Below, in pieces: positions 59,044-64,000 of a stretch of 64,000 nt of DNA (the first letter of the stretch is position 1; each line of letters starts with the position of its first letter). A model generated the notes under the pieces. It had not been told where the DNA came from. It saw only the letters and a program-made list of their open reading frames with translations, and made no database searches. Origin of the DNA: an uncultured Chloroflexia bacterium. Its GTDB lineage: Bacteria; Chloroflexota; Limnocylindria; Limnocylindrales; CSP1-4. Position numbers and translations under genes: made by a program. The stretch covers positions 32,001-96,000 of the forward strand of contig CAVTHS010000010.1 in assembly GCA_963734535.1 (NCBI GenBank). The letters are read 5' to 3'.

Positions 59044-60030
59044 TCAGCCCGGATAGATGGGCGTGACCCAATGCCGGTAGGCCGGAACGTTGCCGCGCAC
59101 GATCTCGAAGTAGCGATCCTTGACCCGCGCCGTGATCGGACCCACGCCGCCCGAACCCACCTTTCGGTGGTCGACCTCGATGATCGGGCTGATCTGGGCG
59201 CCGGTTCCGCAGAAGAACGCCTCGTCCGCCACGTAGACCTCGGACCGGTCGATCGAGCGTTCCACGACGCGGAGCCCGAGGTCCGCGCAGATCTCCATGA
59301 TCCCGGCCCGGGTGATGCCCTCCAGGATGTCGTCGGAGACCGGCGGCGTGACGAGGATGCCGTCGCGCACGACGAAGATGTTCTCCGCGGAGCCTTCGGA
59401 GACGTGGCCGTCGTCGGAGAGGACCAGCGCCTCGTCGAAGCCGTTGAGCATCGCCTCGCTCTTGCTGAAGGCCGGGTTCACGTACGAGCCGACGATCTTC
59501 GCCCGCGACGGAATCGCCGGGTCGGACGTCCGCCGCCAGGAGACGGTCCCGATTCGGACGCCGACGTTCGTGTCGACGTAGTCGCCGAACGGGAGCGCCA
59601 GGATGTAGTAGCGGTGCTCGAGGCCATGGAGCCTGACCCCGATCGCCTGCGTGCTCTTGTAGAACGACGGCCGGATGTACGCGTCCTCGCGGAACGCGTT
59701 CCGCCGCAGGACTTCCACGACCTCCGACGTCAGCTGCTCGACCGACGGCACGTCGTCCATGAGCATGATCCTGCAGGAGTTGCGGATCCGCTCCATGTGC
59801 TCCCGGACCTTGAGCGCGTAGAGCTGCCCCTGGTCGGCGTTCCAATAGGCCCGGATCCCCTCGAACACGGCCGTCCCGTACATGAACGCGTGGGTCATGA
59901 TGCTGACGTTCGCCTCGGCGAGCGGGACGTAGCGGCCCTCGAACAGGCAGACGCGGGTGGCGAGGTCGGCCGGCTCGCCGGCTGCCCTCTGGGCGGGCGC
60001 CGCCAGGGCGGCGGGCTTCTCGGTGATCAT
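59044..60030 (-). CDS. ilvE: Branched-chain amino acid aminotransferase
   Basis: HAFMYGTAVFEGIRAY, AKIVGSY, EGSAENIF, LEGITR, EAFFCGTG; TATACT at 60090-60095. Confidence 0.95.
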   Translation of the reverse strand: MITEKPAALAAPAQRAAGEPADLATRVCLFEGRYVPLAEANVSIMTHAFMYGTAVFEGIRAYWNADQGQLYALKVREHMERIRNSCRIMLMDDVPSVEQLTSEVVEVLRRNAFREDAYIRPSFYKSTQAIGVRLHGLEHRYYILALPFGDYVDTNVGVRIGTVSWRRTSDPAIPSRAKIVGSYVNPAFSKSEAMLNGFDEALVLSDDGHVSEGSAENIFVVRDGILVTPPVSDDILEGITRAGIMEICADLGLRVVERSIDRSEVYVADEAFFCGTGAQISPIIEVDHRKVGSGGVGPITARVKDRYFEIVRGNVPAYRHWVTPIYPG

Positions 60031-60139
60031 CCGATCGGGCTCCTGGAGCGTGGTCCGGCGGTGACCCGGCGGGCTCGCGGACGATCCCGAGTATACCGTC
60101 CGTCCCGTCGGCGCCGGCTGGGACGGACGATCGCCGGGA

Positions 60140-61186
60140 TCAGGCGGCGGATTCGGCGAGCGCCCGGATCACGAGCAGGAGGTAGCCGACGTAGAAGATG
60201 CCGCCGGCGGCGAGGCCCCGACCCGTGAGGAGGCCCCGGAAGCGGAGCGGCACGAAGATCACCAGGATCGAAAGGATCGCGATCCCCGCCGACAGGAAGC
60301 TGAGCTGCGACTCGGCCCCGATCGTCCAGGCGGCCGGGGCGAAGAGGAGGGCGACCGAGGTCGGGATCGCGCTCTGGAAGACCATCGCCCCGGTGATGTT
60401 GCCGAGCGCGAGCGTGTCCTTCCCCTGCCGGACCCAGATCACGCTGTTGAACTTCTCCGGAAGCTCGGTCGCGATGGGAGCGATGACGAGCGCGAGGAGC
60501 GCCGAGCCGACGCCGAGCGAGGCCGCGAGCTCCTGCACGGCACCCACGAAGAAGACGGCGCCGACCACGATGCAGCCAAGCGACAGCAGCACCTGGACGC
60601 CCACCACCCGAAGCCGTGGCACCGTGTGGTGGCCGCGCCCGCGATCGAGGTGCCGGAGCCGAAGGGGCGCCAGGTCCTCGTCGTGCTCGCCGGCCTCGGC
60701 CTGGAGGTGGCCCCGCACGTACCAGCCGTAGAGCGCGATCAGGACGACGGCGACCCCGACCTTGGCGAGCTCGAAGCCGGGCGGCAGGAAGGCGGCGCCG
60801 ATCGCCAGCCCATATCCCAGGCCGAACCAGCGCAGGTCGTGCAGGAGGACCTTCTGGTCGACCACCACCTCGACCCCCTGGCGCCGCCGGCGGCGGAACA
60901 CGAGGATCGCGATCCCCGTCACGAACATGGCCAGCGTGGCGAGCATGAACGGCGCACCGAGCACCGCCCCGACGCCGACTTCGGCTGCCGCGCTCCCGCC
61001 GCCGAAGATGATCGCGACGAACGGGATCATCGTCTCGGGCAGGGCCGTCCCGACGGCCGCGAGGACGGACCCGACGGCGCCCTCCGCGAGATCCAGCTTG
61101 CGACCGAACCACTCGATGCCGTTGGTGAAGAGCTCCGCCCCGAGGAGGATCACGACAAGCGCGATGACGAGGATGACGAGATCCAT
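60140..61186 (-). CDS. Sodium:calcium antiporter family (CaCA) membrane protein
   Basis: Two alpha-repeats: AAVGTALPE...G.PF and APIATELPE...GNITGA; multiple TM helices. Confidence 0.85.
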   Translation of the reverse strand: MDLVILVIALVVILLGAELFTNGIEWFGRKLDLAEGAVGSVLAAVGTALPETMIPFVAIIFGGGSAAAEVGVGAVLGAPFMLATLAMFVTGIAILVFRRRRRQGVEVVVDQKVLLHDLRWFGLGYGLAIGAAFLPPGFELAKVGVAVVLIALYGWYVRGHLQAEAGEHDEDLAPLRLRHLDRGRGHHTVPRLRVVGVQVLLSLGCIVVGAVFFVGAVQELAASLGVGSALLALVIAPIATELPEKFNSVIWVRQGKDTLALGNITGAMVFQSAIPTSVALLFAPAAWTIGAESQLSFLSAGIAILSILVIFVPLRFRGLLTGRGLAAGGIFYVGYLLLVIRALAESAA

Positions 61187-61189
61187 GGG

Positions 61190-61586
61190 CTACGCCGCCG
61201 GCCGCTGCGCGACGACCACGGCGAGCGCGATGACGATCGAGCACGGCGGCCCCGAGGCCCGCCATCCGCCGCTCGCCCGCGCCAAGGAAGCCGACGACCG
61301 CGGCGGCGACCCGCAGGAGCGGGGTGGCCAGCATCGCCAGGAGACCCAGCCACAGGAACCCCTCCGGGCGGAGGGCGAGGATGTCGGCGGGGATTCGCGC
61401 CGGATCGAGGCCCGGCAGGGTCCGCTCGAGGGGAGATCCGCCCGCGATCGCGAGCAGGGCCACGCCGACCGCGAGGAGCCCGATGCTCAGCAGCGTGCCC
61501 ACCCGGAGGATTCGCGCGATCGACCGGTCCACGGGGGCGGGGCGCGACGCGGCGGTGCCGGCGCTGCTCGCGCCCGACGCGGTCAC
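61190..61586 (-). CDS. DUF1634 family membrane protein (apparent +1 frameshift near 61238)
   Basis: ILRVGTLLS, LGLLAMLATPLLRV; the last TM segment IVIALAVVV continues in another frame to TAG at 61190; follows tauE. Confidence 0.8.
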
Positions 61587-61593
61587 GGGGCCG

Positions 61594-62427
61594 TCATCCG
61601 ATGGCCCGCAGGGTCATCTGGACGGCCGTCAGGGCAAGCACCGCCACGAAGAGGAGACGCAGGAGACGAACGTCGATCCGCTGGGCCACCCGCGAGCCGA
61701 CCATCGCGCCCGCGAAGACGCCGACCGCGGTCGGCCCGGCGACCAGCGGATTGATCCCGTCGCGCATCAGGTAGACGATCGCGGATGCCGAAGCGGTCAC
61801 CCCGATCATCAGGTTGCTGGTGGCGGTCGCGACCTTGAGGGGAACGCGCATGACGAGGTGCATGAGCGGCACCTTGACGATGCCGCCGCCGACGCCGAGC
61901 AGCGCCGAGACGACCCCGGCGAAGATGCTCCCCCCGACCCCCACCCCCAGCCGGATCGGACGGTACCCCGGCCCGGCCAGGGCGGCCCGGAAGGAGGCGG
62001 GCGCCTGCGCCGCGCCGGCAGCATCGTCCGGGTTCTCGATGGAGGGACCGGCGGCGCTCGCGGTGTTCGCGCGTCGTCGCAGCATCGTGACGGCAGTGTA
62101 GACGAGCAGGAGTGCGAACAGGCCGGCGAGCACCCGATCCGGGAGGAGGAAGGCGACGAGGCCGCCGATGAGCGCCCCCGAGGCGGTGAACACCTCCAGG
62201 AGCATCCCGAGGCGCAGGTTGGCGAGGTGGCGCTCCAGGTAGACGCCGGCGGCGGCGCTGCTCGTCACGATCACGCAGACGAGGCTCACCCCGACCGCCG
62301 CGCGGAATTCCAGCCCGAAGCCGAAGGTCAGCAGCGGGACGATGAGGATTCCGCCACCCAGCCCAAGCAGGGACCCGAAGACCCCTGCCCCGAATCCGCC
62401 GCCCGCGAGGAGTAGCAGGACGGTCAC
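61594..62427 (-). CDS. Sulfite exporter TauE/SafE (TSUP) family permease
   Basis: GSLLGLGGGILIVP, ALLGVGGGIVKVP, ATATSNLMIG. Confidence 0.9.
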   Translation of the reverse strand: MTVLLLLAGGGFGAGVFGSLLGLGGGILIVPLLTFGFGLEFRAAVGVSLVCVIVTSSAAAGVYLERHLANLRLGMLLEVFTASGALIGGLVAFLLPDRVLAGLFALLLVYTAVTMLRRRANTASAAGPSIENPDDAAGAAQAPASFRAALAGPGYRPIRLGVGVGGSIFAGVVSALLGVGGGIVKVPLMHLVMRVPLKVATATSNLMIGVTASASAIVYLMRDGINPLVAGPTAVGVFAGAMVGSRVAQRIDVRLLRLLFVAVLALTAVQMTLRAIG

Positions 62428-62466
62428 CCTCCGGCGACCGTCCGCGTCTCCGTCATCGCGGCATGG

Positions 62467-62733
62467 TCAGGGGCGAAGGTGCTGGGGCGCGTACGGCAGC
62501 AGGGCCACCAGCCGGGCCCGCTTGAGCGCCACCGAGAGCTCGCGCTGGTGCGCGGCGCACGTGCCCGTCTTCCGGCGCGGCTCGATCTTGGCGCGCTCGG
62601 AAAGGTAGCGGCGGAGGCGGCTGACCTCCTTGTAGTCGATCTGGACCGTCTTGTCGGCGCAGAACGCGCAGACCTTTCGGCGGCGTCGGTCGCGGTAGTA
62701 GTCATCGCGCTTCTTGCGGGCTGCGGGAGGCAT
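62467..62733 (-). CDS. rpsR: 30S ribosomal protein S18 (zinc-binding form)
   Basis: [37 protein letters not shown]. Confidence 0.97.
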   Translation of the reverse strand: MPPAARKKRDDYYRDRRRRKVCAFCADKTVQIDYKEVSRLRRYLSERAKIEPRRKTGTCAAHQRELSVALKRARLVALLPYAPQHLRP

Positions 62734-62790
62734 GCTGTCAGCTCCTGTGGTCGCGGGCGGCACCGGTACGGCGCATGCCCGATGCGATTG

Positions 62791-63255
62791 TCAGAACGGA
62801 AGATCGTCGATGTCGGAGGGGGCGTCGTCCGCCGCGGCCGGGTCGGGCCGCCGGATCGGCGAGACGGTCGCGCCGGCCGGCCTGGGCTCGCCCGGGAACG
62901 GCGGGGCATCGGCACCTTCCTCACGCGGCCGCCGGTCGAGGTTGGTCACCTGGTTGGCGATGAGCTCGGTCGTGTACCGCTTCTGGCCCTGCTGGTCTTC
63001 CCACTGCCGGGTCTGGAGACGGCCCTCGATGTAGACCTTCATGCCCTTGCGAAGGTGCTCGGCGGAGCGTTCGGCGAGCTGCGCCCAGGCAACCACGCGG
63101 AACCACTCCGTCTCCTCCTGCCAGGCGCCATCCTGGCCCTTGTAGTTGCGGTTGACGGCGACCGTGAACTGCGTCACGGCCTGCCCGCCCGGCGTGTACC
63201 GCATCTCGGGATCCCGCCCGAGATTCCCGATGATCATCACCTTGTTCAGGGACAC
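62791..63255 (-). CDS. ssb: Single-stranded DNA-binding protein
   Basis: LNKVMIIGNLGRDPE, EGRLQTR.W, C-terminal DDLPF. Confidence 0.98.
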   Translation of the reverse strand: MSLNKVMIIGNLGRDPEMRYTPGGQAVTQFTVAVNRNYKGQDGAWQEETEWFRVVAWAQLAERSAEHLRKGMKVYIEGRLQTRQWEDQQGQKRYTTELIANQVTNLDRRPREEGADAPPFPGEPRPAGATVSPIRRPDPAAADDAPSDIDDLPF

Positions 63256-63279
63256 CGGAACGCCCTCCTGGGACCTGGG

Positions 63280-63702
63280 TCAGTCGACCGCGGCCGGAGC
63301 GGCTTCGCTCTCGGACTCGTCGATCTGCTCGCCGGTGGGCTCCTCGTCGTCCTCGACATCAGGTTCGGGAACGAGGTCCCCGATGTCGTCGCCCTTGCCG
63401 CGGACGGCCTTGAGCGGTCGATCGACGCGGATCACGAGGTGCCGGATCACGTCCTCGGTGATCAGGAGGGTCCGCTCGAGGTCGGCGATGGAGTCTGCAG
63501 GGGCATCGAAGTGGATGATGTGGTACGACGCCTCGCGGTACCGGTCGATCTGGTACGCGAGTCGGCGACGGCCCCAGGGTGCCGCCTTGACGATCTGTCC
63601 GCCGGCCCCGGCGATCTGCCGGGTGACCTTCTCCAGGAGCGCCTGGACGCGGTCGTCCGGCGCGTCGGGCCGGATCACGAGCATGAGTTCGTAGCGGCGC
63701 AT
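63280..63702 (-). CDS. rpsF: 30S ribosomal protein S6
   Basis: MRRYELMLVIRPD, WGRRRLAYQI, VIRHLV. Confidence 0.96.
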   Translation of the reverse strand: MRRYELMLVIRPDAPDDRVQALLEKVTRQIAGAGGQIVKAAPWGRRRLAYQIDRYREASYHIIHFDAPADSIADLERTLLITEDVIRHLVIRVDRPLKAVRGKGDDIGDLVPEPDVEDDEEPTGEQIDESESEAAPAAVD

Positions 63703-63709
63703 GGCCGTT

Positions 63710-63796
63710 CGACTCCTTCCTGTGGGGTATGCCCCGCTCGTGGCCCCCGGAACCCGGGCCGCCAGGCGGAGCAGAAAGGGCTCGCGGAGTCTACCA
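63710..63796 (-). promoter_or_regulatory. rpsF promoter (TGgTAGACT) and probable S6:S18-binding leader RNA
   Basis: Leader pairings CCTTTCTG/CAGGAAGG (covers the SD) and GCTCCGC/GCGGGGC; position matches the known rpsF leader. Confidence 0.6.
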
Positions 63797-63870
63797 CGAG
63801 CGTGACTGGACTCCGCGCGCCTCATGTATCCTTCGGGGCGTCCTCATCTCCCACGAAGGATCCTGCAAGC

Positions 63871-64000
63871 GTGCCGTCGAGCACCATCCTTGTCCTCGAG
63901 ACGAACGAGGCCGCCATCGCCGCTGTCGAAGGTCCGCTGACCGGGGTGGGCTACCAGGTGGCCGTCACTGCCGACCCGGACGATGCCGTGCGGCGGGCCG
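63871..64000 (+). CDS. Response-regulator receiver-like protein (5' fragment)
   Basis: VPSSTILVLETNEAAIAAVEGPLTGVGYQVAVTADPDDAVRRA fits a receiver-domain beta1-alpha1-beta2 pattern; AAGGA RBS; TATCCT at 63827-63832. Confidence 0.55.
   Translation, partial: MPSSTILVLETNEAAIAAVEGPLTGVGYQVAVTADPDDAVRRA

Noticed and set aside
60027-61586. 519-aa DUF1634 fusion ORF overlapping the antiporter
   Set aside because: It results from a single-base frameshift near 61238; the corrected gene ends at 61190.

Overview
A very GC-rich bacterial chromosome segment made almost entirely of core housekeeping genes, nearly all on the minus strand. Gene order and protein style suggest Chloroflexota, possibly Ca. 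Limnocylindria (inference only). In transcription order (right to left): rpsF-ssb-rpsR-tauE-DUF1634-Na/Ca antiporter-ilvE; LCP protein (+); ileS-lspA-rluD-gmk-priA-hyp-def-fmt-rlmN-rpe-dtd; rpmB (+); asp23-fakA/DAK2-recG-rsmD-coaD-sepIVA-like-yceD-rpmF-plsX-asp23-nusB-acpP-rnc-smc-ftsY-ffh-DUF3352-like-rpsP-khpA-rimM-trmD-rplS-rnhB-yraN-rpsB-tsf-pyrH-frr-uppS-cdsA-dxr-rseP-ispG-nusA-ylxR-infB-rbfA-nrnA-truB-ribF-rpsO-pnp-asd-udg-rnj. I saw no mobile elements, CRISPR arrays, tRNAs or rRNAs. The standout is the PNPase: it carries an in-frame DEDDh (DnaQ/epsilon-like) 3'-5' exonuclease domain with all catalytic residues intact, inserted between its two RNase PH domains, which suggests a combined phosphorolytic and hydrolytic nuclease. 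Other notable variants: a type 2 IleRS with a GVHH motif in place of HIGH, PriA with Walker A K->R, RNase HII with GRG->GVA, RibF with a degenerate kinase half, Rpe with an extra C-terminal domain, probable ATC/CTG start codons and two candidate bidirectional promoters. Single-base frameshifts in ftsY, priA, yraN and DUF1634, and probably the rimM-trmD 'fusion', look like indel sequencing errors. All calls come from reading motifs by eye; no database searches were run.
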